Source: an uncultured Bacilli bacterium (GTDB taxonomy: Bacteria > Bacillota_I > Bacilli_A > RF39 > UBA660). Taken from it: a stretch of DNA of 62,916 nt. Shown one piece after another: positions 18,496 to 27,543 of this stretch. Under the pieces are notes generated by a model that saw only the letters and a list, made by a program, of their open reading frames with translations, was not told where the DNA came from and ran no database searches. Both the position numbers and the translations under genes were made by a program. The number at the start of each line of letters is the position of its first letter. Within the stretch, counting starts at the first letter, position 1. The stretch lies in assembly GCA_944329365.1 (NCBI GenBank), contig CALVIC010000004.1:1-62916 (forward strand). The letters run 5' to 3'.

Positions 18496-18906
18496 TTAAG
18501 AATTATTTTCGGTTAGAGATGCGATTAAATCTTTCGCTTTATTATATAAAGAGTCGACGTTTTTTACTTTCTTTTTGACTCCATTATAATTTACTTTTAC
18601 ACTATATCCATAGTCAAATATTTGTTGATCGGTGTAATTTTCTTTTAATATTTCTTCTATGAAAGATATTACTTTTTTGAATTCTCCGTCTGAAAGTTCT
18701 TTTATTTTAGTTAAATGGTTTTTGTTATTCAAAAAAGAGTGGTGTTGATTGTTACCAGATTCTTCATCCATAAACAAGCAATATTGATAGGTGTATACAG
18801 ATTTGTCTTCCATAATTAAGGTTCCACCATAAGTAATTGTTCGGCCATCCCAGTGATTAACATTTAAAATAGCTTTTTTTATTGCATCATCGATTTGTTC
18901 TTTCAT
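18496..18906 (-). CDS. hypothetical protein
   Basis: 136-aa ORF, the only minus-strand gene in this neighbourhood, with its own terminator. No motif recognised. Confidence 0.6.
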   Translation of the reverse strand: MKEQIDDAIKKAILNVNHWDGRTITYGGTLIMEDKSVYTYQYCLFMDEESGNNQHHSFLNNKNHLTKIKELSDGEFKKVISFIEEILKENYTDQQIFDYGYSVKVNYNGVKKKVKNVDSLYNKAKDLIASLTENNS

Positions 18907-19019
18907 TTTATTTGTTACCTCTTTTCTATATATTTATTATAACATATTTGATATAATTTGTTTAATTATATGTATATATATGGTAATATTTTAATAGATA
19001 GAGAAAGGATGAGTGTTTA

Positions 19020-19658
19020 ATGGAATATGAAGTTAGATTTTATTTTCCTAGTGAGGAATATGATAATATTATTCAAAAGCTTAGTAAAATAGGTGATTTG
19101 AAAAAAGAGAATAAGAGATACGAAAAAACGTCACAGTTTGATCATCCTTGTGATGATATGAGTTTTTATACTAAAGAGATTGACGGAAGATTTAGAATAA
19201 GAATTACTAAAAGTGACGATACCGAAAAATGTATGATTAGCTGGAAGAGAAGGCTTCATTCACCTTCTAAGAGTGAAGTAAATAGGGAGGAAGAGGTAGA
19301 AGTTTCAATTAATTACGGCGAATATGATAATTTGATGTATTTAATTAACAATGTTTTAAAAATGAAAGATATTGAAAGTTATGAAAGATATAGAACTATT
19401 TTTCATGATGAGGATGTGGAGATTGCTGTAGATGAGTATCCGTTTGGAATAGCATTAGAAGTTGAGAATAAAAGTGAGAGAAATGATCCACAAGAAGTTG
19501 TTAGGAAATGGGTAGGTAAAATAGGCCTTGATATAAAAGATGCTTATCCTCTATCATGGGATGATAAGTATTCAGAACTGTGCCGAAATCAAGGGGTAAA
19601 ACAATATAGTCATGTTACTTTTGATCTTCCAATGCCAAAGGTAATTAACAAGAAGTAA
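19020..19658 (+). CDS. CYTH-domain protein (triphosphate tunnel metalloenzyme / CyaB-like)
   Basis: N-terminal EYEVRF (ExExK-type strand), RFRIRI, ISWKRR, EEEVEVSI, YERYRTIF and VEIAVDEYPFGIALEVE follow the order of CYTH beta-strand motifs. Confidence 0.7.
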   Translation: MEYEVRFYFPSEEYDNIIQKLSKIGDLKKENKRYEKTSQFDHPCDDMSFYTKEIDGRFRIRITKSDDTEKCMISWKRRLHSPSKSEVNREEEVEVSINYGEYDNLMYLINNVLKMKDIESYERYRTIFHDEDVEIAVDEYPFGIALEVENKSERNDPQEVVRKWVGKIGLDIKDAYPLSWDDKYSELCRNQGVKQYSHVTFDLPMPKVINKK

Positions 19659-19681
19659 TTTAGGTGTATGGAGGTGTTTTA

Positions 19682-20227
19682 ATGAAGTGTATAAAAACTT
19701 TAGTAGATGAGGATTTTGGTTTAAAATCAATTAATTTTGATAATCCTCGAATAAGATATGGGGCTAGAGGTATTATAATTGGTTTTGATGGGAAAATAGC
19801 AATTTTTAATAAGATTAAGAAAGGTGAATATAAATTGCCTAGTGGGGGCATAGATGAAGGAGAGAGTCCAGAGGCCGCTTTTAAAAGAGAAGCTTTAGAA
19901 GAAACTGGATGTGAGATTGAGATAATAAAATTGCTTGGTACGATAGAAGAGGATAAGAGCTTGGATAATTTTAAACAGATTTCATATGTGTTTGCGGCGA
20001 AGGTTGTTAATGATGGTCATTGTTTGAATTTAACCCAGAAAGAAAGGGATGAAGGTGCTAGACTTCTTTGGGTTAAAGATAGCGATGCTTTAAAGCTTAT
20101 TACGAACTGTTATGATAAATTAAAAGCTTCAGAATATGAAAATTTATATCATAGTAAATTTATTGTTATGAGAGATAAATATATAATGGAGTATTATTTA
20201 AATAATAAGGGAGAAATTTTAAAGTAA
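19682..20227 (+). CDS. NUDIX hydrolase
   Basis: Nudix box GGIDEGESPEAAFKREALEETGCE. I chose the ATG at 19682 with RBS GGAGG, 23 nt after the CYTH gene. Confidence 0.85.
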   Translation: MKCIKTLVDEDFGLKSINFDNPRIRYGARGIIIGFDGKIAIFNKIKKGEYKLPSGGIDEGESPEAAFKREALEETGCEIEIIKLLGTIEEDKSLDNFKQISYVFAAKVVNDGHCLNLTQKERDEGARLLWVKDSDALKLITNCYDKLKASEYENLYHSKFIVMRDKYIMEYYLNNKGEILK

Positions 20228-20366
20228 ATTTTTATTTTTTGTTATAAAGACTTTTGTTTTTAAGACTTTTTTGATATATTATTATAGAAACAGCTAGAAT
20301 ATTTGAAGATTTAATTTTGCATTTTTATGAGTGCAAAATTCTTTGCGTTTATAGAAAGGAGTGTTT

Positions 20367-22409
20367 ATGGAAGATTTTGAGTTAGAAAAGAAACGTTTAG
20401 CTTGGACTTTAGATGAGTATGAGGAGATTATTTCAGATACTGATTTAAAGATACGAAATTTACCTAATTTTTATAAGGGCGATTACGATAAGATGATGGA
20501 AGAAAAAGCGAGACTTTTAGGTAAAAAGGATGTAATCCAAAGAAGTATGGATAAGCCATATTTTGCGAGAATTGATTTTGAAAAGGCATCTGATAAAACT
20601 AAAGATGTGTGTTATATCGGAAAAGTTGGAGTTATTAATTATGACAAAAAAATAATAACGGTAGACTGGAGGGCACCTATTGCTAGTTTGTATTATGATT
20701 CTAATATCGGCAAGACCTCTTATTTGGCTCCAGAAGGTGAGATTTTTGGAAGTTTACTTACTAAAAGGCAATATGAAATTGAAAAGGGAGAGCTTATAAG
20801 TTTTAGTGATGTGGATACTGTAAGTAATGATGAGCTTTTAAAACCTTATTTGGGTGTTAGTGCGGATAAGAGACTTAAAAATATAGTGGCAACGATTCAA
20901 AGTGAGCAAAATAAAATTATAAGAAGGAATATGAAAGACAATTTAATAGTTCAAGGGGTAGCTGGTAGTGGTAAAACAACAGTTGCCCTGCACAGGATAG
21001 CTTATTTAGTTTACAATAACCGGGATTTGTATAAACCGAGTAGATATATGGTTATTGGACCGAATAAGTTTTTTGTCGATTATATCGCAAATATTTTACC
21101 GGATTTAGATGTTCATGGGGTTTGTCAAAACACTTTAGAGGAGATGGCAATTAGATATTTAAACGAGGATTTAAAGGTTTACAGCTGTTTAAAGATAACC
21201 GATGTTGGAGGTAGAGCTAGTTACATTACTTCTTTAGATTTTAAAGAGGTAATAGATAAATACTTTAGAGATTATACCGATAATTTAATTCCAGATAGGG
21301 ATTTAGTTTATAAGGATTTTAAGATAGTGGGTTATGAGAAGATAAGAGATATATACACGGGAATAAATAAGGAGACTCACAGAAATTTAAGCGTGAGATG
21401 TGAGAAGACGATAGCTACTTTAGAGAAGGAAATAATTAGATATAAGGATATTATTTTACAGAGGTTACTCGATAAGAGTTTAAAAGAGGATGATATAAAA
21501 AAGATTAAAGATAGAGAACTTTTAAAGAAAGAGCTTGGTACAGGTGGCAGTAATATTTTAAAAGGTTATTTTAAAAAGCTTTTAAAAACACCTAGAGAGA
21601 TATATGCAGAAATTATTAGAAATGAGTTTAGTGACAAAGAAAAGGTAAAAGAAATTTTAAGAGGAGAGGTTAATATAGAGGATTTAACTCCACTTATGTA
21701 TATTAATTATTTACTCAGTGGTTCTTTAGACTTTGATAAGTTTAAGCATGTTGTTATCGATGAGGCTCAGGATTACAATACTTTTACTTTTTATGTTTTA
21801 AAGAAGATTTTGAAAAATGCATCATTTAGTATTTATGGCGATTTAGCTCAATCATTATATGAATATAAAAGTATTAAATCGTGGGATCAAGTTAAGGATG
21901 CGCTTGGGAATTGTGAGCTTCTCAATTTAGAAAAGAGTTACAGAACAACAATTGAAATAATGAATGAAGCTAATAAGATAAATAAATATTTAGGTTATAT
22001 TTTAGCAGTTCCAGTAATTAGGCATGGGGAAGAAGTTCAGTATATTAAAAGCAGAAACATTAAGGATGACATAATTAATATAGTTTCTGAGATGAAAAAT
22101 AAAGGTTTTCAAAGTATTGCGATAATTACAAAAGATGAAGTACAAAGTAGAGTGGTTTATGATTTTGTTAAAGATAAGTTACAAGTTAAAAAAATAAGTG
22201 ATGATGATTTAAAATTTGAAGAAGGGGTATGTATTATTCCAAGTTATTTAGCTAAAGGTCTTGAGTTTGATGCGGTTATTATTCCGGATGTTCAAGATTT
22301 TGATGAGAATAATAAAACGGATATGAAACTTTTATATGTTTCAATGACTAGGGCATTACATGTGTTAAATATTTTGTATGATAAAGAGGTACCTTTAGTA
22401 CTTAGATAA
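20367..22409 (+). CDS. helD: HelD-type UvrD-like helicase (RNA polymerase recycling ATPase)
   Basis: KPYFARIDF, VDWRAPIASLYYD, NIVATIQSEQNKIIR and LIVQGVAGSGKTT match, from memory, B. subtilis HelD (SPYFGRIDF, DWRAPISSLYYD, SIVATIQKEQNRIIR, LIVQGAAGSGKT). C-terminal KSYRTT and LAKGLEFD are helicase motifs. Confidence 0.85.
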   Translation: MEDFELEKKRLAWTLDEYEEIISDTDLKIRNLPNFYKGDYDKMMEEKARLLGKKDVIQRSMDKPYFARIDFEKASDKTKDVCYIGKVGVINYDKKIITVDWRAPIASLYYDSNIGKTSYLAPEGEIFGSLLTKRQYEIEKGELISFSDVDTVSNDELLKPYLGVSADKRLKNIVATIQSEQNKIIRRNMKDNLIVQGVAGSGKTTVALHRIAYLVYNNRDLYKPSRYMVIGPNKFFVDYIANILPDLDVHGVCQNTLEEMAIRYLNEDLKVYSCLKITDVGGRASYITSLDFKEVIDKYFRDYTDNLIPDRDLVYKDFKIVGYEKIRDIYTGINKETHRNLSVRCEKTIATLEKEIIRYKDIILQRLLDKSLKEDDIKKIKDRELLKKELGTGGSNILKGYFKKLLKTPREIYAEIIRNEFSDKEKVKEILRGEVNIEDLTPLMYINYLLSGSLDFDKFKHVVIDEAQDYNTFTFYVLKKILKNASFSIYGDLAQSLYEYKSIKSWDQVKDALGNCELLNLEKSYRTTIEIMNEANKINKYLGYILAVPVIRHGEEVQYIKSRNIKDDIINIVSEMKNKGFQSIAIITKDEVQSRVVYDFVKDKLQVKKISDDDLKFEEGVCIIPSYLAKGLEFDAVIIPDVQDFDENNKTDMKLLYVSMTRALHVLNILYDKEVPLVLR

Positions 22410-22423
22410 GGAGGATTTGAGGT

Positions 22424-22879
22424 ATGGAATATGAATATAGTTTTAAGGTAGATAGTTTAGATTGGTATAAAAAATACTGTGAAGAAAATGGCTATGAAAA
22501 GAGATTAGAGTATGATCAGGTAAGGGAACTTTTTACGAGTGATAATAAGATACTTGCAAGAATTACGACAACCAAAACTGAAAATAATATAGATATATTT
22601 TTAGATTTTAAAGACGATGATGATTCAGAGAGGATATATAAAGAGGCTAGGGAAACTATTCCTCTTAGAGTAACTGATGAAAATAGAGGCGCAATAGATT
22701 CAATTTTAAATATTTTAGGTTATAAAAAGAAAAAACATTTAGTCAGAAAGAGATATATTTATAAAAAGGGAAAAGTTAAGTTTGAGATGGATGATTATAC
22801 TAAACCTGAAATTATGCATGTGGTGGCAATCGAGGGGGATAAGGATGAGGTTACAAAAGTTTATAATGAAATAAAATAA
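22424..22879 (+). CDS. CYTH-like small protein (divergent)
   Basis: EYEYSFKV start, ILARIT, LVRKRYIY and VKFEMDDY...HVVAIEG resemble CYTH strand order, with the acidic/basic motifs partly degenerate. RBS AAGGAGG, 14 nt after helD. Confidence 0.5.
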   Translation: MEYEYSFKVDSLDWYKKYCEENGYEKRLEYDQVRELFTSDNKILARITTTKTENNIDIFLDFKDDDDSERIYKEARETIPLRVTDENRGAIDSILNILGYKKKKHLVRKRYIYKKGKVKFEMDDYTKPEIMHVVAIEGDKDEVTKVYNEIK

Positions 22880-22948
22880 TTGTGGAAGAAGAGATTAAAA
22901 CCTTTTCTTTTTAAATAGATAGAATTATATTAGATTTGGAAAAATTCC

Positions 22949-22977
22949 TTGACAGATAATTATTTTTTAGGTAAAAT
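22949..22977 (+). promoter_or_regulatory. sigma-A-type promoter for tRNA-Ser
   Basis: TTGACA (22949-22954), 17-nt spacer, TAAAAT (22972-22977). Confidence 0.7.
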
Positions 22978-22995
22978 TAGTTCGTAAGCTTTATT

Positions 22996-23089
22996 GGAGT
23001 AGTACTCAAGTAGGCTGAAGAGGCGCCCCTGCTAAGGGTGTAGATCGGGTTAAACTGGTGCGAGGGTTCGAATCCCTCCTACTCCGCCA
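22996..23089 (+). tRNA. tRNA-Ser (anticodon GCT)
   Basis: Type II tRNA with a long variable arm, acceptor GGAGTAG/CTACTCC, anticodon loop CT-GCT-AA, encoded CCA. Confidence 0.9.
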
Positions 23090-23103
23090 TTATTTTGCTT
23101 ATT

Positions 23104-23138
23104 AAACTCTTACATTTTGGTAGGAGTTTTTATTTTTG
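23104..23138 (+). terminator. rho-independent terminator
   Basis: 10-bp stem AAACTCTTAC / GTAGGAGTTT (one G-T pair), then TTTATTTTT. Confidence 0.7.
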
Positions 23139-23197
23139 CTCATTTTTGTTTCAGGTAAATAATAAAATATGATATAATTTGTCTATGGAGGCTATTT

Positions 23198-25138
23198 ATG
23201 AATAAAAAAACAGTAATTGTATTAGTGGCAGCGGTAGTAGTGTTAATTATTGCTGTATTTAGAATTTTCGGAATGCAAACAGAGGGAGAAAACGAAGTAG
23301 AAAATGTTGTTTCTTTGATGGAGAAGCAAATTCAGGATGAAAATAAACTGAAAATATCAGGTTATACTTTAGATGATCCTAATGTGGTTTTAAATCCTTA
23401 TGAAATTTCACCTTTAACGGCTTTAGTAATATTTGAAACGGATGAAGAAGTAAGTCCCGAAGTGACAATTCATGGCGATTCAGATCTTACGACATATACA
23501 CATACTTTTACTAAGGGAACAGAACATTATTTGCCGATTTATGGACTTTATGCGGGAAGAGAGAACAAGGTTACGATTAAATGTGGCGATAAAGAGAAAG
23601 AACTTACGATTAAGACTGATGAACTTCCTGACGATTTTATTTTACCAACTAGTGTTAAAAAGGATGAGAGTAAACTTAATAACGATTTGTATTTTTATAC
23701 GCCATCTAGTTTTGGATATACGGCGGCTTACGATGTTAATGGTGATGTTAGATGGTATTTAACAGAGTCAGCTATTTGGGAAATTAACAGACTTGATAAT
23801 GGGAGACTTTTAGTTAGTACAGAAAGGCTTGCCGAGGTTCCTTATTATTCGACTGGCTTATACGAAATGGATATGCTTGGAAAGATATATACTGAATACA
23901 GTTTGCCTGGCGGTTATCATCACGATTATTATGAAATGGAAAATGGTAATTTGCTTGTGGCTTCTGATGATTTTAATAACGATTCGGGAACGGTTGAAGA
24001 TTATGTGGTTGAAATAGATAGAAAAAATGGTAATATTGTTAAAACTTTTGATTTGAAAGACATTTTAAAAATGACTGATGGCCAGAGCGAAAATTGGATA
24101 GAATATGATTGGTTCCACAATAATTCTGTGTGGTATGATAAGAAGACTAATTCAATTACTTTATCTGGAAGGCATCAGGATGCGGTTATCAATATCGATT
24201 ATGATACTGGCAAGCTTAACTGGATACTCGGTGATCCTGAGGGATGGAGCGATGAGTATCAAAAATATTTCTTTAAACCAGTAGGAGATAATTTTGAATG
24301 GCAATGGTCACAACACGCGGCAATGATTACGCCAGAAGGTTATGTATTCTTGTTTGACAATGGGAATAATAAATCAAAGAATGAAGATGAATATGTGGAT
24401 TCGGCCGATAGTTATTCAAGAGGGGTTATGTATAAGATTGATACTGATAAAATGACTATTGAACAAGTATGGGAATATGGAAAAGAGAGAGGTAGTGATT
24501 TTTATTCTCCTTATATATCTGATGTTGATTATTTAGATAAAGATCATTATATTGTTCATTCAGGTGGTATTTCTTATAAGGATGGAAAAATTCAAAATCA
24601 GCCAGCTGGTTTAGCCGGAGCGGATACTTTAAAAAGCGATACAGTAGAGCTACTTAATAATGAAGTGATATTTGAAATGATTTTGCCTACTAATAATTAT
24701 AGAGTTGAAAAGATGAGTTTATATAGTGATGATGAGTTTGAACTTGGGGTTTCAAAGGAACTTGGTAGTTTAGGCGTTACCGATACTGAGGATGAAAAAT
24801 TTACGCTAATGAGTAATGCTAAAGAGCAAGACGATAATTACAAGTCTCACGATATTTCCATAAAGAAGGAAAAAGATAGACTTGCGGTAACTGGAACGTT
24901 TGAGAGAGGAACAGAGGTTAAGATTATTTTATACAAGGATATGATGGAGAAAGTTTATAATATGAGAATAAGTACACGTCCTTATACGGCTTTGTGTGTC
25001 GATCTTGGTAATAATAACGACAGCGATGATTTAACAGTTACGAAGTATATTAATAGTGATGGTTTGATTGGTAAATATACAATATTTATCGAAATCGATG
25101 GAGTAATTTATAAAACTGACGAATATGTTTCATTTTAA
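23198..25138 (+). CDS. membrane-anchored arylsulfotransferase (ASST)-family beta-propeller protein
   Basis: N-terminal TM helix; GGYHHDYYEMENGNLLV, WFHNNSVWYD, LSGRHQDAVINIDYDTGKLNWILGDPEGW. Confidence 0.7.
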   Translation: MNKKTVIVLVAAVVVLIIAVFRIFGMQTEGENEVENVVSLMEKQIQDENKLKISGYTLDDPNVVLNPYEISPLTALVIFETDEEVSPEVTIHGDSDLTTYTHTFTKGTEHYLPIYGLYAGRENKVTIKCGDKEKELTIKTDELPDDFILPTSVKKDESKLNNDLYFYTPSSFGYTAAYDVNGDVRWYLTESAIWEINRLDNGRLLVSTERLAEVPYYSTGLYEMDMLGKIYTEYSLPGGYHHDYYEMENGNLLVASDDFNNDSGTVEDYVVEIDRKNGNIVKTFDLKDILKMTDGQSENWIEYDWFHNNSVWYDKKTNSITLSGRHQDAVINIDYDTGKLNWILGDPEGWSDEYQKYFFKPVGDNFEWQWSQHAAMITPEGYVFLFDNGNNKSKNEDEYVDSADSYSRGVMYKIDTDKMTIEQVWEYGKERGSDFYSPYISDVDYLDKDHYIVHSGGISYKDGKIQNQPAGLAGADTLKSDTVELLNNEVIFEMILPTNNYRVEKMSLYSDDEFELGVSKELGSLGVTDTEDEKFTLMSNAKEQDDNYKSHDISIKKEKDRLAVTGTFERGTEVKIILYKDMMEKVYNMRISTRPYTALCVDLGNNNDSDDLTVTKYINSDGLIGKYTIFIEIDGVIYKTDEYVSF

Positions 25139-25195
25139 CTAGACATATTTTATAAATTTTGTTAATATATTTAAATGTGAAAGGAAAATATATTT

Positions 25196-25351
25196 ATGAA
25201 ATGTCCAAAAGAAATTTTAATAGATAGTCTGGATGAAGCCGGCCAAAAGAATTTAGATAATTTCTTAAAGGAAAGAAGAGTTAAGAAGAGGGAAGTAAAG
25301 ATTTTGGTAAAAAAATCAAGTGACGGTTTTCGAAAGACGAAAAGGGATTAA
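25196..25351 (+). CDS. small basic protein (51 aa), unannotated in the ORF track
   Basis: ATG at 25196 preceded by GAAAGGAAAA. MKCPKEILIDSLDEAGQKNLDNFLKERRVKKREVKILVKKSSDGFRKTKRD. The stop is followed directly by a terminator. Confidence 0.45.
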   Translation: MKCPKEILIDSLDEAGQKNLDNFLKERRVKKREVKILVKKSSDGFRKTKRD

Positions 25352-25372
25352 AAGAATCGTTTGATTCTTTTT
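25352..25372 (+). terminator. rho-independent terminator
   Basis: Stem AAGAATC / GATTCTT with loop GTTT, then TTT. Confidence 0.6.
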
Positions 25373-25395
25373 AATTTTATGATAGGGGGATAATT

Positions 25396-26328
25396 ATGAA
25401 AAAAACAGCGGTAATATATAATCCTAAGGCAACAGGGATGAGTAAACTTGATTTAGACAAGGTAAAAAGTATTTTTAATAAACGGATCAAAGCAGATTTG
25501 TTTGAAAGTCAAAAGGCTGGTGATACGCCAAGATTGGTGCAAAAGGTTAATGATGATTATGACTGGATTATTACGATGGGCGGAGACGGAACAATGGGTG
25601 AGGCCGTTCAGGCATTAAATGATGTTACTCAAAGAGGGTTTTATTCTCATATTCCGGTTGGAACGACTAATGATACGGCTAATAATTTCGGAATGAGAGG
25701 TTATGATCCTTATACTTTGATTAAAATGATGACAAGTTCTGGCAATTTGAGAGAAATAGATATGGATGCTTTAGAAGTCAATGGAAGGGCAGTAGGTTAT
25801 GTTTCAGCGTGCGGGGCATTTACTGATATACCTTATAGAACACCAAGATTTTTGAAGATGAGTTTGGGAACTTTAGGTTATTATACAACTTTAGGATTAA
25901 TGTTTCCGGAAATTATTCATGATTTGATCAAGAAGCCTTTAAAACTTACTTATGAGAGGAATGGCAAAAAAGTAGAGACAGAAGCACTTACATTACTTGT
26001 TTCGAATTCTAAAAATTTTGCGGGAATGAATTTGTATCCAAATACTTCTATAGCTGATGGTAAATTTGAAGTGGCAATTGTTAAGAAAATTCCATTTGCA
26101 AAGCTTTACGATTTTGCTTCAAAAGTTAGTAATTATGATGAAGGTAAGTTTTCAATGGAGGATTATTCGGATTATGTCGATTATTTTCAAACTGATAATT
26201 TCGAGGTAATGGTAGATACTGATAAGAAGTCACTTAACAACGATGGCGACGAGGTGATGATGGATAGTAATAGGTTGAAGTACGATATAAAAAAGAAGAT
26301 TAAAGTAATGGTTCCAAAGGTTAAATAG
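25396..26328 (+). CDS. diacylglycerol-kinase-family lipid kinase
   Basis: GGDGTMGEAV and PVGTTNDTA motifs of the DAGK catalytic domain. Confidence 0.85.
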   Translation: MKKTAVIYNPKATGMSKLDLDKVKSIFNKRIKADLFESQKAGDTPRLVQKVNDDYDWIITMGGDGTMGEAVQALNDVTQRGFYSHIPVGTTNDTANNFGMRGYDPYTLIKMMTSSGNLREIDMDALEVNGRAVGYVSACGAFTDIPYRTPRFLKMSLGTLGYYTTLGLMFPEIIHDLIKKPLKLTYERNGKKVETEALTLLVSNSKNFAGMNLYPNTSIADGKFEVAIVKKIPFAKLYDFASKVSNYDEGKFSMEDYSDYVDYFQTDNFEVMVDTDKKSLNNDGDEVMMDSNRLKYDIKKKIKVMVPKVK

Positions 26329-26359
26329 GTATTAGTAATTTCTATTTAACCTTTTTTTT
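26318..26359 (+). terminator. rho-independent terminator
   Basis: 11-bp stem AGGTTAAATAG / CTATTTAACCT overlapping the stop codon, then TTTTTTT. Confidence 0.75.
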
Positions 26360-26386
26360 CATATATATAAATGAAGGGAGGTTTGC

Positions 26387-27364
26387 ATGGAATATAAGGG
26401 AATAGATGTTTCTAAGTATCAAGGGAACATCAATTTTAAAAAAGTTAAGAATGCTGGTATTCAGTTTGCAATTGTCAGAATAGGATATGGACAATATGAA
26501 AGTCAGAAAGATGAGTATTTTGAGGCCAATTACGAAGGCTTTAGAGCTCAGGGTATTCCAGTAGGTGTATATCTTTATTCTTATGCAAAGAGCGTGAGTG
26601 ATGCAAAGAAAGAAGCAGCAGTCGTTTTAAAGTGGCTTAATGGAAGAAGGCTTAATTTACCGGTTTATTACGATATTGAAGATAAAAGTCAAATTAATTT
26701 GGGTAAAAATACTTTAACTAAGATGTGTGAAGCTTTTTGTGAAGAAATCGAAAAAGGTGGTTACTGGGCTGGAGTATATGCGAATAAGTATTTCTTTACG
26801 ACGTATCTTGATTATCAGAAGCTCGGTGAGAAATACACTTTGTGGGTAGCGCAGTACAACGATGTAAATACGTTTAGCGGGAAATATGATATGTGGCAGT
26901 ATACGTCTTCGGGAAGAGTAAATGGAATTAGTGGGAATGTCGATTTAGATACTTTATATAAAGATATATTTACCGATACAGGTAATGACAGAGTAGATTT
27001 GCCGGATTTAAGTGATTATAATGGAACTTCGATAGTCGACGCACTTAAAAGTGTAGGTTATGATAGTTCATTTGATTCGCGAAAGAATTTATATAGAGAA
27101 GTAGGTTTTACTGATACTTATAAGGGTACGGCTTTACAAAATGAGAATTTATTGGACGCATTAAAAAGAGGTAGTAATGAATATTATTATTCAGATTATA
27201 AGGGTTATTCATTTGTCGATGCTTTAAAACAAATAGGCGTTGATGCTTCTTTTGCAAATAGGAAGATAATTGCGGCACGTAATGGTATTAGTAATTATAA
27301 GGGTACTAGTTCTCAGAATTTAAAGTTGCTTAATTTACTTAAGGAGGGTAAGCTTCGAAAATAA
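26387..27364 (+). CDS. GH25 muramidase with two C-terminal ~55-aa repeats (probable wall-binding modules)
   Basis: GIDVSKYQGNINFKKV, YYDIED, DMWQYTS. The repeats are YNGTSIVDALKSVGYDSSF...YKGTALQNENLLDALKRG and YKGYSFVDALKQIGVDASF...YKGTSSQNLKLLNLLKEG. No obvious signal peptide. Confidence 0.85.
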   Translation: MEYKGIDVSKYQGNINFKKVKNAGIQFAIVRIGYGQYESQKDEYFEANYEGFRAQGIPVGVYLYSYAKSVSDAKKEAAVVLKWLNGRRLNLPVYYDIEDKSQINLGKNTLTKMCEAFCEEIEKGGYWAGVYANKYFFTTYLDYQKLGEKYTLWVAQYNDVNTFSGKYDMWQYTSSGRVNGISGNVDLDTLYKDIFTDTGNDRVDLPDLSDYNGTSIVDALKSVGYDSSFDSRKNLYREVGFTDTYKGTALQNENLLDALKRGSNEYYYSDYKGYSFVDALKQIGVDASFANRKIIAARNGISNYKGTSSQNLKLLNLLKEGKLRK

Positions 27365-27409
27365 AATAATTTTAGAAGTTTTATTTAAAAAATTATGTTT
27401 TATTTTTAC

Positions 27410-27438
27410 TTGACTCTAAATTTAAATTAGTTTATAAT
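27410..27438 (+). promoter_or_regulatory. consensus sigma-A promoter of an orphan small RNA
   Basis: TTGACT (27410-27415), 17-nt spacer, TATAAT (27433-27438). Confidence 0.7.
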
Positions 27439-27444
27439 TATGTC

Positions 27445-27543
27445 ATAAGATGAATTTAAACAAATGCCTTAGTTATTCCCGGGGCATTAGGCCCCGGAAT
27501 CTTCTATGCATTGGGGGTACCCTTTATGGGTACTCTTTTTTTT
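27445..27543 (+). ncRNA. candidate small RNA (~100 nt) of unknown class
   Basis: Lies between a consensus promoter and a strong terminator (GGGTACCC/GGGTACTC stem at 27515-27535, then T8). The body is a long hairpin: AATGC/GCATT outer stem, a 7x7 internal loop, and a CCGGGGC/GCCCCGG inner stem with loop ATTAG. No credible ORF. Confidence 0.5.

Noticed and set aside
20315-20342. 9-bp inverted repeat AATTTTGCA...TGCAAAATT upstream of helD.
   Set aside because: It could be an operator or a weak terminator, but it has no U-run and no known motif. The evidence is not enough to call a regulatory site.
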